Source: a virus (lineage: Duplodnaviria; Caudoviricetes). From it: a DNA stretch of 64,000 bases. Position 1 is the first letter of the stretch, and each line of letters begins with the position of its first letter. The translations under genes were made by a program, and so were the position numbers. Below, piece by piece: positions 35,537 to 45,637 of this stretch. Location of the stretch: the IMG/VR virus record IMGVR_UViG_3300042881_004206. One strand, 5' to 3'. The notes beneath the pieces are model-generated. The model was not told the origin of the DNA. It saw nothing but the letters and a program-made list of their open reading frames with translations, and made no database searches.

Positions 35537-37255
35537 ATGTCCACAGTAAAAATTTCAGAACTACCTGCAATAGCACAACTAAATTCAAATACATCAAACA
35601 CCTTGATTGTTGGCGTGGATATTCCTACAGGAGTAACCGGTAAAATTACTGCAACAGTTCTTGCACAAAGTTTATATTCAAACAATGTATTGAATGTTGG
35701 AAATAATAATATAACTTTTCCTGGTATTATAGGTCAATTTGTTAGTAACAATGAATCTTATCTACAAGTCAATTTACAGAATTTAAAACCCAACGGCTCT
35801 TCTGACTATGTTGCAACAGCTGACATTGGTACAGACTCTGTAAATTACATTGACATGGGTATTGCGGGATCAACAGATAATGATGTTAATTATCCCGTCA
35901 TTAAACCAATGGATGGTTATGTGTATGTGCAAGGAAATACCGCAACAACAACTGGTGGTAATCTATTATTTGGCACAATAACCACACACAGAGACATTTC
36001 GTTCTTTCAAGGTGGTGCAGAAGCAAATAATGTTGTAGCCAAATTCGTATATAATTCTGGTCTACATCTGCTGCAGAAGCCAATAACATTTGCCGATGGT
36101 ACAACACAAAATACTTCTTTTGATGCGGCAGCTACGGCGGCCAATACACCAAGCCATGTAGCTAATTCGGCTGCTTTGTATGCTAATGGAGCATTCCTAC
36201 AAGCCAATACACCAAGCCATGTAGCGAATTCAGCTAGTTCTTATGCAAATGGCGCATTCGTTCAAGCCAATTCCGCATTCAATAAAGCTAACAATGCTTT
36301 AGCAAATACTTCAGGAACATTTGGTGGTGATCTAACTGTTTCCGGAAATGTTACTGTTCTTGGTACCACAAGTTCAACTGGTCCTATCACAACAGGCAAT
36401 CTAATTGTTAATGGCACCAGTAGTTTCACTGGTAATGTGACGATGAATGCAACAACATATTTAACTGGAGCTGTGACTGTTAACAGCACCATGTTGTTGG
36501 CCAATAGCAACTTCAGTGCGACAGCCGCTGCACTGACAATTTCGGCTTCACCTACTGTTTCAACACCATCAAACGATGGTTACATGATTCACATTTCGGG
36601 CAAAAACGGTGTGCCATCCAGAATCGTTGCAGATTCATATGGTGCAAATTCTTACATTGTATTTGCTGGTCGTGCTGCAAGAGGTAATGTAAGTCATCCA
36701 ACTGCATTACAAGCAAACGATGTAATTGCTCGTTTTTCGGGTAATGGTTATGGTACAACAGGATATGCACCATTAGGAACAGGTCGCATCGATTTTGTTG
36801 CAGCAGAAAACTATACCGATGCAGCCAGAGGTTCTAGAATTGAATTCTGGAATATGCCAATTGGTTCGAACACATTAAACAAAATTGCATCTTTTAATGG
36901 TGATAGTGTTGATTTTACTGGTGCTATTAAACCGGAAAAAGGACTCATATATTCTTCAAATGTACAGTCAACACTGACAACATTTGCATTAGATTTTAAT
37001 CGTGACAGTCTTATTAAATTTAATGTGACAGCCGATGCATCGATTACGCTTTCAAATTATGTATATGGTAAAGTTGTGGAAGTTTGGATTACCAATTCTG
37101 CTGCACAAAACAAAACAATTACACATGGATGTTTGGCAAATAACTCAACATCGAAACAGACAACATTCACCATTTTAGCTAGCTCATGTGCTTATCTCAG
37201 ATATTTTAGTATTAATGGTGACCAGGCAAATACATTCGTTTCGATTACAGCGTAA
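35537..37255 (+). CDS. baseplate-associated fibre protein
   Basis: VKISELP N-terminus, ANxA heptad stalk, beta-rich fibre segments. Confidence 0.65.
   Translation: MSTVKISELPAIAQLNSNTSNTLIVGVDIPTGVTGKITATVLAQSLYSNNVLNVGNNNITFPGIIGQFVSNNESYLQVNLQNLKPNGSSDYVATADIGTDSVNYIDMGIAGSTDNDVNYPVIKPMDGYVYVQGNTATTTGGNLLFGTITTHRDISFFQGGAEANNVVAKFVYNSGLHLLQKPITFADGTTQNTSFDAAATAANTPSHVANSAALYANGAFLQANTPSHVANSASSYANGAFVQANSAFNKANNALANTSGTFGGDLTVSGNVTVLGTTSSTGPITTGNLIVNGTSSFTGNVTMNATTYLTGAVTVNSTMLLANSNFSATAAALTISASPTVSTPSNDGYMIHISGKNGVPSRIVADSYGANSYIVFAGRAARGNVSHPTALQANDVIARFSGNGYGTTGYAPLGTGRIDFVAAENYTDAARGSRIEFWNMPIGSNTLNKIASFNGDSVDFTGAIKPEKGLIYSSNVQSTLTTFALDFNRDSLIKFNVTADASITLSNYVYGKVVEVWITNSAAQNKTITHGCLANNSTSKQTTFTILASSCAYLRYFSINGDQANTFVSITA
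36140..36225. repeat. 23-nt direct repeat, 63-nt period (ANTPSHVA)
   Basis: GCCAATACACCAAGCCATGTAGC at 36140 and 36203. Confidence 0.85.
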
Positions 37256-37261
37256 TAAATA
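37254..37261 (+). promoter_or_regulatory. late promoter variant upstream of gp8
   Basis: AATAAATA, 8 nt before ATG 37269. Confidence 0.45.
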
Positions 37262-37268
37262 AAATACT

Positions 37269-38675
37269 ATGGCAAAAAAATCATTACTCACACATTACGC
37301 AAAGACTTCTTCAGCGCAAGAATCTTATTATTATCCTTCAGCTGTATTACCCTATGCAGCCGATAGTCCTTTAGCTACATTTTATTGTTTCTTAGCCAGA
37401 ACTGTTCCATGGGAAGATGACGATAATCCTCCCAATCCTTTGCAAACACAAAAATATATCAAAGAAACTTTCAAAAATATATTTGTCGCGAAAAGAATTT
37501 ACTCAGGTGATATTTCTCCCGTGATAGAGAGAGTGGATTGGAAAACAAATGTCATTTATAATTACTATCGAGATGATGTGGATATGCTTGAAGTGGATTC
37601 CAATGGTTATTTGGTCAGACAATTTTATGTGAAGAACAAATACGACCAAGTTTTTAAATGCTTATGGAATAATAATGATAGCCCTTCAACCGAAGAACCT
37701 TATTTTGAACCCGGCACATATAGCACAAACAACATTTATCAGGGAAACGATAACTATAAGTGGAAATATATTTACAGCATCGACACCGGCGCAAAAGTAA
37801 AATTTATGGATAGTGCATGGATGCCGGTTCCAGTTAGCTTGAGAGCGCCAAATCCACTACTATCATCAGCAGGCAGAGGAAGCATTGATGTAATCAACAT
37901 CACAAATGGTGGACAAGGATATGATTTAACGAATTCCGTCATTCAAATTGCCATCTCCGGAGATGGAAATGGTGCAACAGCAACCGTCACAACAAATGAA
38001 GTGGCCAATGGTGTAATTTCCGATATTGTTGTTGAAAATCCTGGATCAAATTACACATATGCCAATGTCACCATCACCGGTGTGGCAGCAAACGGTTCAA
38101 CAGTAGGTTCTGGAGCCACTGCAATATGTCCTACTTCACCTGTCGGTGGCCATGGTTTCGATCCTATTTCAGAATTAGGTTGTAACCATGTCATGTATAC
38201 AGTAGAGTTCAACAAAAGTGAGAGTAATATAATACCAACCGACAATAACTATTATCAAATTGGCATGTTGGTGAATCCTGTGACAAAACAAAATCCATTG
38301 GTTCCGGCTAATGGCGCAATTTACAAAACTTCAACCGATTTATTGGTCGCGCCAGGTTTTGGTAGTTATTCCGAAGATGAATATGTGTATCAGGTTCCAA
38401 ATCCAGGAGATCCACTTTCGGACGCAACATTTATTGGCACTGTTTTGAGTTTTAATACATCAACCAATGTGGTAAGACTAATAAATATAACAGGAACCGC
38501 AAACACAAACGCACCACTATTTGGTAATTCATCGGGAACAGCAAGAACCGTATTATCAATTGACTATCCTTTATTTGAACTTTGCTCTGGTTATATGCTG
38601 TATCTGGAAAACAGAAGTGGTGTTGAAAGAAGCGCAGACGGTATAGAACAATATAAGATTGTACTAGGTTACTAA
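37269..38675 (+). CDS. gp8: baseplate wedge gp8
   Basis: RVDW, FYVKNKYDQVFKCLWNN, STEEP, DNYKWKYIY. Confidence 0.85.
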   Translation: MAKKSLLTHYAKTSSAQESYYYPSAVLPYAADSPLATFYCFLARTVPWEDDDNPPNPLQTQKYIKETFKNIFVAKRIYSGDISPVIERVDWKTNVIYNYYRDDVDMLEVDSNGYLVRQFYVKNKYDQVFKCLWNNNDSPSTEEPYFEPGTYSTNNIYQGNDNYKWKYIYSIDTGAKVKFMDSAWMPVPVSLRAPNPLLSSAGRGSIDVINITNGGQGYDLTNSVIQIAISGDGNGATATVTTNEVANGVISDIVVENPGSNYTYANVTITGVAANGSTVGSGATAICPTSPVGGHGFDPISELGCNHVMYTVEFNKSESNIIPTDNNYYQIGMLVNPVTKQNPLVPANGAIYKTSTDLLVAPGFGSYSEDEYVYQVPNPGDPLSDATFIGTVLSFNTSTNVVRLINITGTANTNAPLFGNSSGTARTVLSIDYPLFELCSGYMLYLENRSGVERSADGIEQYKIVLGY

Positions 38676-38684
38676 AGGAATAAA

Positions 38685-41600
38685 ATGCTGAACTTTAATG
38701 TATCTCCATACTACGATGATTTTGATGAAACAAAAAACTTTCATCGTGTTTTATTTAAACCAGGTAATGCTGTACAGGCTCGAGAACTTACTCAATCTCA
38801 GACCATCTTACAGAATCAGGTCACCAAGTTTGCAAATCATGTATTCTCGGAAAATACTCCAGTTTCTGGTGGAAAAATGTCCATCAACTTTAAATGTTAT
38901 TATGTTAAATTGCAAGAAACATATAATGGAGTTGCAATAGATGTTAATGAATTCGAAAACCTTTTAGTTAAAAGCCAAAACGGAACCGTATTGGCTAAAG
39001 TTGTTGCAGTTGCACAAGCAACTGGTGGCGATCCACCAACATTAATACTATCTTATCTGAGTGCGCCTAGATTTACAGACAATGATGTAATTTATGTCAT
39101 AGGTTCAAATCTGGCATGCCAAGCAATAACATCAAATTCTACAGGTCAATCTTGTACCGCACATATTACTCAAGGTGTATTTTATGTATTGGGAAATTTT
39201 GTTTCGAATCCAGAAGATACAGTAATACTTTCCAAATATAGTATCACACCATCCGTTCGTGTTGGTTTGGAAATCAATGAAACAATTGTCGATTATGTTG
39301 ATGAACCTTCATTATTAGATCCTGCCGTAGGTGCCACAAACTATCAAGCACCTGGTGCTGATCGTTATAAGATAGGATTGTCCTTACAAACCAGACCTTT
39401 GTCTTTCGGCGATGATCAAAACTTCATTGAATTGATGCGTGTCGAAAATGGCATCATTGCAAAACAAATCGAAAACACATCCTATTCAAGATTGGATGAC
39501 TACTTTGCACAGAGAACTTATGAAACGAATGGCGACTTTGTTCTCAGAAATTTCAACTTAACACCACAAGCAAATACATCCAACACCGATATTTACAATA
39601 TGGTTGTCGGCCGTGGTGTGGCTTATGTTCATGGTTATAGACTTGAGAATCAATCGTCATTAGTCATCAAATCCAATCGTGCAAGAACAACAAAATCGGA
39701 ACAAAATAATCCAGTTTATATGGATTATGGAAATTACCTGTACATAAATTCTTTAAGAGGTGCAAATAATTCCGTATTGGATGTTGCTGCATATCAGCCG
39801 ATTGATTTGCATTGTGTACCTGTTGCAAGCATTAATACATCAAATACATCAACTTATAATGCAACGGTTGTTTCGAGTGGTTATATTAGAAATCTGGAGT
39901 ATGATGATTTTGGCTCGGCTTCTGATGCCAACACATATGTTTATAAAGCATTTGTTTATGATTTACAAAATGGAACACCAACAGCAAACGCGGTTGCCGG
40001 AAGTTCAAATACAATCACATTACCTGGAACATATTCAACTGTATCGAATGCATATTACGGCGTAACTATTTCCATCACCAATGGAACAAGTGCTGGTGAT
40101 TTCAGAAGAATCGTTTCTTATAACGGTACAACAAGAGTTGCCACAGTTGATACACCTTGGACATATACACCTACAACAAACTCTGTGTTTGCTTTGAATT
40201 TTGCTATCAAAGATGCTGAAACAATGGTGTCTTCAAATTCAACATTACACATACTTTCTACTGCGGTGTTGGATGCACAAGGTCGTGTAAACAATACAGC
40301 AACTGGTGATCCAGAACTACAGAATCCAAATGTACAAGAGATGTTGTTCCGTATCGGTATGCCATATGTTGCGACCTTGACAGATACATCTTTCACAACT
40401 AGACAAATATTCCGAGCTGTAACATTCACTTCTTCTGGCGGCAATTTAGTTGCACAATTACCTTTTGGTGGTGATTATAGTAATGTTATGAAACACATAG
40501 GAACTCCAAGTTCCACTTTATCAACTAGTACAGTTCGCGAAAACTTCATCGTCATTGTTACGAATAAAGGTTCAAGTAATTATAATGTTGGTGACTTATT
40601 GCCATGGACAATTAACAGTAGAACAGTTTCTTTAAATAGTGATGCTTCTATAGCAACACTTACTGGTACCTCAGCTGATTTAGGTGGCACATTCACAGCA
40701 ACAGTAATTGCCAAAGCTGCTGTAACAAATGGTAATAACACCGGTCACATACTAAAGAGAAAAAATTTAATCAAGGCAAATACATCTGCGGTAATAACAT
40801 CAAATACTGCCGTAGGAAGCAGCACATATACATTTGTTGATGATGCAGCTCTAACATCTAAAGGCCAAGTTTATATTCAAAATGCTGGTATAGTGTCCGC
40901 CGGACAAAAACAGAGTTTATATCTAAGTGACGTTAAGAGAATTGTTAAAATTGTCGACACACTAAATTCTGCAAATGTTCCTACTGTCGATATGCTGACG
41001 AATCCAGCATATGATGTTACTTCTAATTTTATTTTCAATAACGGTCAAAAAGATAGTTATTATGACCATGCATCAATTACATTAAGAGTTGGTGCACCAA
41101 AAGTTAGAGGCAATATGTTGGTATTGTGTGATTATTATCAACATACTGGTGGCGATGGTTATTTCAGTGTAGATTCATACTTGAATTCTTCTTTGCCAGA
41201 AGATTATAGAGAAATTGGAAGTTACACCAGTTCTTCAGGCAATTCTTATTCTCTAAGAGATGTTTTGGACTTCAGACCCACAAGACAAAATGCGACCTAT
41301 AATTTTGAATTCAGATATTCAAATTCAGGTGATACACAGAGATATGGAACGTTATTGCCATTAGATTTATCTCAATTTACAGGAGATTATTCTTATTATC
41401 TTGGTAGAAAAGATAAACTCGTATTGACAAAAGACAAATTATTCCAGATTTTGGAAGGTGCACCTTCGGTAAGTCCTATTTTCCCAACAGAACCAAATGG
41501 TTCATTATTGTTGGCTAATATCGTACACAATCCTTATACTGGTTATTTACCAACTGAAGTGGTTTCGGGTAGTTCTTCAGACTTAAAAATAACAAAGGTG

Positions 41601-43703
41601 AAACACAAACGATATACAATGAAGGATATAGGAGTCCTTGAAAAGAGAATTGAAAATTTACAATACTATACTTCATTGAATCTAGCTGAACAGAAAGCAC
41701 AGAGTCTACAAGTTTCAGACTCTTTGGGACTAAATCGTTTTAAAAACGGCATCTTAGTGGATAATTTCAGCACATTTTTGGCCTCAGATACATTGAGTTC
41801 AGATTTCAAATGTAATATCAATACGAACAAGCAGCAATTGTCTGCTATGCAATATGTAAAACGTTTTCCACTTCTAGCTCTAGATGAAGTTCTAACATAT
41901 AATACTTTTGGTGGCGTAACAGAATATACAGCAGATCAATATGGTTTATATAATATTTTTTCATTACCATATACAACAGAAAGAGCTGCTGGACAAGTTA
42001 TTGCTAGTAGACCATTTAATCTGAATTCTTTCAGTATAGTTAATCGAACAATTACAATAGCAGCATCACCCGCAAATATAAATCCTGTTGGTGGAGGTGT
42101 TCGTGTTGATGTACCAACACCTCGTGTTCCAGTTGTCGCAACTCAACCAAAAGCAAATGCAACTTCTAATGTGGTAGTGGCTGCATCCGCAAATGAAAAT
42201 GTATTTTTCACTCCAAACCCAATTGAAGTAAATAAAGCATTAACAATCATTGTAAGAAATGCACAACCAGGTTCGAATGTTAGATATAAGATTTCGTCTT
42301 CTTCATCATACGGCAGCTGGATTCCTTTAAATCAACTTGATGGGCCAGGAACACATAGACAAGTATTACCAACCGACACGTTCAGAGATCCTGGAATTTA
42401 TACATTTGATTTTGAATTCGCTTCCGGTAATACCAGACAAGCCAGTGTCACTGTTAATGCCGCAGGAATAGTGTGGACGGGAGGCGGAGTTGACTTGACC
42501 TCAACAGCTGTTGTTGCAGGAACGGTCAACTTAATTGATTGGAGAGGATTGACGGTAGGGACCGGCACCACTACAACCACTACAACCACTACAACCACTA
42601 CAACCACTACAACTACGGAAACGACCGAAACTGTCACAGATGGTACTGACACAGATGGTACTACCGTCGATGATCCATTTAATCCAGGTTCTGATGGTCT
42701 AGTAGGATTTGACGAGACTACATGTTATTTTGATACTGGTACGGTTATTATATGTGGAGATGGTGGTCTAACAGGCTGTGATTTAACAACCAATTTAGAT
42801 AGATTAGATACAGCATTATTAGAATTCACGACAATTGGAGTTTTAGATCCAAATTTCGTAGATGCAACAGGCCAAGCATTAGATACAATTTTAGGTCTCT
42901 CACTCGTTGCTGATTTGGGTGACGGAAACGGATATACATTACTCGGAACTTGTTTGAATTTTGATGGTTCTGAAGTGACCTGTGATGCGGTTACTGAAAC
43001 GAGACTTTTGGAAGATATTGATAATCTAGTTAACGGAGAAATTTACGCTGCATCGATAAATCAAAATGGTGACATTAATATTCTAGGTACAAATTCAATA
43101 GATGTGGACAATATTAATCAAGTCAGTGGACAATTAACTAGTGTTTCTTTGGAAAATAATCTGACTGAACTAACAGTAACAACTGGTGGATTGGTCGATG
43201 TGGTAAATTCTGTTGGTCAAACAATGACCATTTTTGATCAAAGTACTGGTGAAGTATCAGCAGTTATAACAATTACAGGTTTTGATGAGGCTACAGGAAG
43301 CGTCACCGGAACAGTTGTTTCGGGCAATCAAGCCGATGTTTCAAACGGAAGCCTATTCAATATTCATCAAAGTGATGCACAAGCAACAAACACCACGACC
43401 GATGGTACAGGTGGACTTGCTGGTCTTGCAATCATTCCGGAAAATACGGTTTCTGGTTCGACAGTAACATGTTTTGCAACTGATGCTGAAGGACTTAGTG
43501 GTGGAGGAAGTAATATATACAATGGTTCTTATTCAGAACATTCATTAACACAATCAGATCCTTCAGTTGGTAATGATGGCACATCAAATCAAGTGGCAGG
43601 TTTCCAAGATTTCGGAGTGTATGATAGCATTGATGGCTCCTTGAGTTACAATGTTTCATTCGGCGGCGCTGGTGGAAGTTTCTCATTTGATTATAGCAGT
43701 TAA
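38685..43703 (+). CDS. DUF4815/VrlC-like large virion protein, N-terminal part, with novel acidic C-terminal extension
   Basis: FNVSPYYDDF, VQARELTQ, APGADRYKI, RTYETNGDF, YTMKDIG, RFKNGILVDNF. Confidence 0.8.
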   Translation: MLNFNVSPYYDDFDETKNFHRVLFKPGNAVQARELTQSQTILQNQVTKFANHVFSENTPVSGGKMSINFKCYYVKLQETYNGVAIDVNEFENLLVKSQNGTVLAKVVAVAQATGGDPPTLILSYLSAPRFTDNDVIYVIGSNLACQAITSNSTGQSCTAHITQGVFYVLGNFVSNPEDTVILSKYSITPSVRVGLEINETIVDYVDEPSLLDPAVGATNYQAPGADRYKIGLSLQTRPLSFGDDQNFIELMRVENGIIAKQIENTSYSRLDDYFAQRTYETNGDFVLRNFNLTPQANTSNTDIYNMVVGRGVAYVHGYRLENQSSLVIKSNRARTTKSEQNNPVYMDYGNYLYINSLRGANNSVLDVAAYQPIDLHCVPVASINTSNTSTYNATVVSSGYIRNLEYDDFGSASDANTYVYKAFVYDLQNGTPTANAVAGSSNTITLPGTYSTVSNAYYGVTISITNGTSAGDFRRIVSYNGTTRVATVDTPWTYTPTTNSVFALNFAIKDAETMVSSNSTLHILSTAVLDAQGRVNNTATGDPELQNPNVQEMLFRIGMPYVATLTDTSFTTRQIFRAVTFTSSGGNLVAQLPFGGDYSNVMKHIGTPSSTLSTSTVRENFIVIVTNKGSSNYNVGDLLPWTINSRTVSLNSDASIATLTGTSADLGGTFTATVIAKAAVTNGNNTGHILKRKNLIKANTSAVITSNTAVGSSTYTFVDDAALTSKGQVYIQNAGIVSAGQKQSLYLSDVKRIVKIVDTLNSANVPTVDMLTNPAYDVTSNFIFNNGQKDSYYDHASITLRVGAPKVRGNMLVLCDYYQHTGGDGYFSVDSYLNSSLPEDYREIGSYTSSSGNSYSLRDVLDFRPTRQNATYNFEFRYSNSGDTQRYGTLLPLDLSQFTGDYSYYLGRKDKLVLTKDKLFQILEGAPSVSPIFPTEPNGSLLLANIVHNPYTGYLPTEVVSGSSSDLKITKVKHKRYTMKDIGVLEKRIENLQYYTSLNLAEQKAQSLQVSDSLGLNRFKNGILVDNFSTFLASDTLSSDFKCNINTNKQQLSAMQYVKRFPLLALDEVLTYNTFGGVTEYTADQYGLYNIFSLPYTTERAAGQVIASRPFNLNSFSIVNRTITIAASPANINPVGGGVRVDVPTPRVPVVATQPKANATSNVVVAASANENVFFTPNPIEVNKALTIIVRNAQPGSNVRYKISSSSSYGSWIPLNQLDGPGTHRQVLPTDTFRDPGIYTFDFEFASGNTRQASVTVNAAGIVWTGGGVDLTSTAVVAGTVNLIDWRGLTVGTGTTTTTTTTTTTTTTTTTETTETVTDGTDTDGTTVDDPFNPGSDGLVGFDETTCYFDTGTVIICGDGGLTGCDLTTNLDRLDTALLEFTTIGVLDPNFVDATGQALDTILGLSLVADLGDGNGYTLLGTCLNFDGSEVTCDAVTETRLLEDIDNLVNGEIYAASINQNGDINILGTNSIDVDNINQVSGQLTSVSLENNLTELTVTTGGLVDVVNSVGQTMTIFDQSTGEVSAVITITGFDEATGSVTGTVVSGNQADVSNGSLFNIHQSDAQATNTTTDGTGGLAGLAIIPENTVSGSTVTCFATDAEGLSGGGSNIYNGSYSEHSLTQSDPSVGNDGTSNQVAGFQDFGVYDSIDGSLSYNVSFGGAGGSFSFDYSS
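42567..42611 (+). repeat. 9-nt tandem repeat ACCACTACA x5 (poly-Thr linker)
   Basis: Five perfect copies read directly. Confidence 0.95.
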
Positions 43704-43720
43704 AAAATTCGGAGCAAATA

Positions 43721-45412
43721 ATGGCTGATCCAATAGCACAAACATTTCTAATAGAAAAATCAAAAGCCCCTAATGGTTATTTTGTAAAATCTATTAAATT
43801 ATTTTTTAAAACAAAGCCATCGAGCAGTGATGTGAATAGTCCTGTTATAATGACAATTGTTACCACAGAAAACGGAATACCAACAGGAAAAACTGTAGAT
43901 TGGGGCACATCGACCGTCTATACAAAACAGATTGTTGTTTCGGATAATCCTCATTATTTGGATTCCAACACATGGACTCAATTTACTTTCCCCGCACCAG
44001 TTCACCTGCAATCAGATGTTCTTTATGCTTTTACACTGAAAGCACCGACAAATGAATATGAAGTATGGGGTGCAGTGATGAGTGATAATGCTGTGCCTTC
44101 TTCTGTTAAAAATTCACCAACAGATGCAACACCAGCAAACCCAACAAAAATATCAAAAACACCTTTTGTTGGTAATGTTTTCTTATCTCAAAATGCTTCA
44201 ACTTGGGATCCAGAATTAAATGCATGTCTTATGTTTACAATAGATAGATGTAAATTTGATACAAGTGTTTCACGAAATATTCAATTTGTTGTTCCGAAAA
44301 AACTACCTGAAGGTTTATTGACAATCGATTCTTTAGGATATTACGCAAATGCAAACTCATTTGTGGCTGGTCTAACAGAAACTTCAGATAAAAAACTTTT
44401 TGTTGACGCTTTTAATATTACAACTTCTGATCTGATTCCTTCTGGAACAAGTTTAGATTACAATTATTCTTCAACATTGGTTGATGGAACAGTAACTTCA
44501 AATCTTCCATTTACACCAGGAAAATATGGTGCAGCAATGCCCACGGATATTTTTCTTTCTGATGGAAGAGGTCAGAGAATACTAGATCCAAATACACACA
44601 CATCATTGTCCGTTTATACTACATTAACTTCAGCAGATGATCATGTTAGTCCAATGGTGTCCGACTATCAGTTAGCAACATATGCTGTTAGAAATGTTAT
44701 CAATGATTGTGGTTTATCCAATGGTCAAATTACAATTGTATCTGGTGGTTCAGGTTATAATGCAAATACAACATCAGTAACATTTTCGGCACCCACCGGC
44801 ACAAATGGAACTCAAGCAACAGGAACTGTTACAATTGCAAATGGAAGCATCACCCAAATCAGCATAACAAGTGCTGGTTCAGGATACATTGAAACACCAA
44901 CAGTAACAGTAACTGATGCAAATACTACTCCGGGCACAGGAGTTTCTGTTGCAATTATCGGTGAGACTTCTTCTTCTGGCGGTAATGCTGTAGCAAAATA
45001 CATCAGCAAAAAGGTTACATTAGCAACATCTTTTGAATCTGGTGATCTAAATGTGTTCTTAACTGCATATCGCCCTGTTGGTAGTGATATACATGTGTAC
45101 TACAAGATACAAAATCAAAATGATACGCAAAACTTTAATGATAGTGCATGGCAGTTAATGACACCAATCAATAGTTCTGAAACATTATTCTCATCAAACA
45201 GAAATGATTTGTATGAATATGTTTTTGCACCAGGTACAAATGGTTCACCACAAGGATATGTTTCTTACACAAGCACAAACGGTGATTCTTATGTTACTTT
45301 TAATCAATTTGCTATTAAAATTGTAATGAGAACAAACGACAGTACGAATCCTCCAATTATTAAAGACATGAGAACTCTTGCTCTTCCAGCTGATGTTGAT
45401 TTGGTGGTCTAA
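43721..45412 (+). CDS. DUF4815/VrlC-like protein, C-terminal part as a separate gene
   Basis: DPIAQTF...FF..K, F.SQNASTW, KYISKKVTL, FNQFAIKIVM, P.IKDMRTLAL; own GGAG RBS. Confidence 0.8.
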   Translation: MADPIAQTFLIEKSKAPNGYFVKSIKLFFKTKPSSSDVNSPVIMTIVTTENGIPTGKTVDWGTSTVYTKQIVVSDNPHYLDSNTWTQFTFPAPVHLQSDVLYAFTLKAPTNEYEVWGAVMSDNAVPSSVKNSPTDATPANPTKISKTPFVGNVFLSQNASTWDPELNACLMFTIDRCKFDTSVSRNIQFVVPKKLPEGLLTIDSLGYYANANSFVAGLTETSDKKLFVDAFNITTSDLIPSGTSLDYNYSSTLVDGTVTSNLPFTPGKYGAAMPTDIFLSDGRGQRILDPNTHTSLSVYTTLTSADDHVSPMVSDYQLATYAVRNVINDCGLSNGQITIVSGGSGYNANTTSVTFSAPTGTNGTQATGTVTIANGSITQISITSAGSGYIETPTVTVTDANTTPGTGVSVAIIGETSSSGGNAVAKYISKKVTLATSFESGDLNVFLTAYRPVGSDIHVYYKIQNQNDTQNFNDSAWQLMTPINSSETLFSSNRNDLYEYVFAPGTNGSPQGYVSYTSTNGDSYVTFNQFAIKIVMRTNDSTNPPIIKDMRTLALPADVDLVV

Positions 45413-45414
45413 AA

Positions 45415-45636
45415 ATGAATTATGTAAGAGTAAAGGGAACTAATTTGATTAGGGATACTAATTCCATGGGTTTAACAAATAATGATATGAATGGATTGGA
45501 AGACTACAAAACAAGACGCAGATTATTAAAGAATCAAAAAGAAGAAATAAATAAAGTAAAATCAGAAATAAAAGATGTCAAAGATGAATTATCGGAGATA
45601 AAATCTTTGATGTTAAGACTACTTGACAAGGGTTAA
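45415..45636 (+). CDS. small coiled-coil protein
   Basis: LIRD..S, heptad [23 protein letters not shown]. Confidence 0.7.
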   Translation: MNYVRVKGTNLIRDTNSMGLTNNDMNGLEDYKTRRRLLKNQKEEINKVKSEIKDVKDELSEIKSLMLRLLDKG

Positions 45637-45637
45637 A

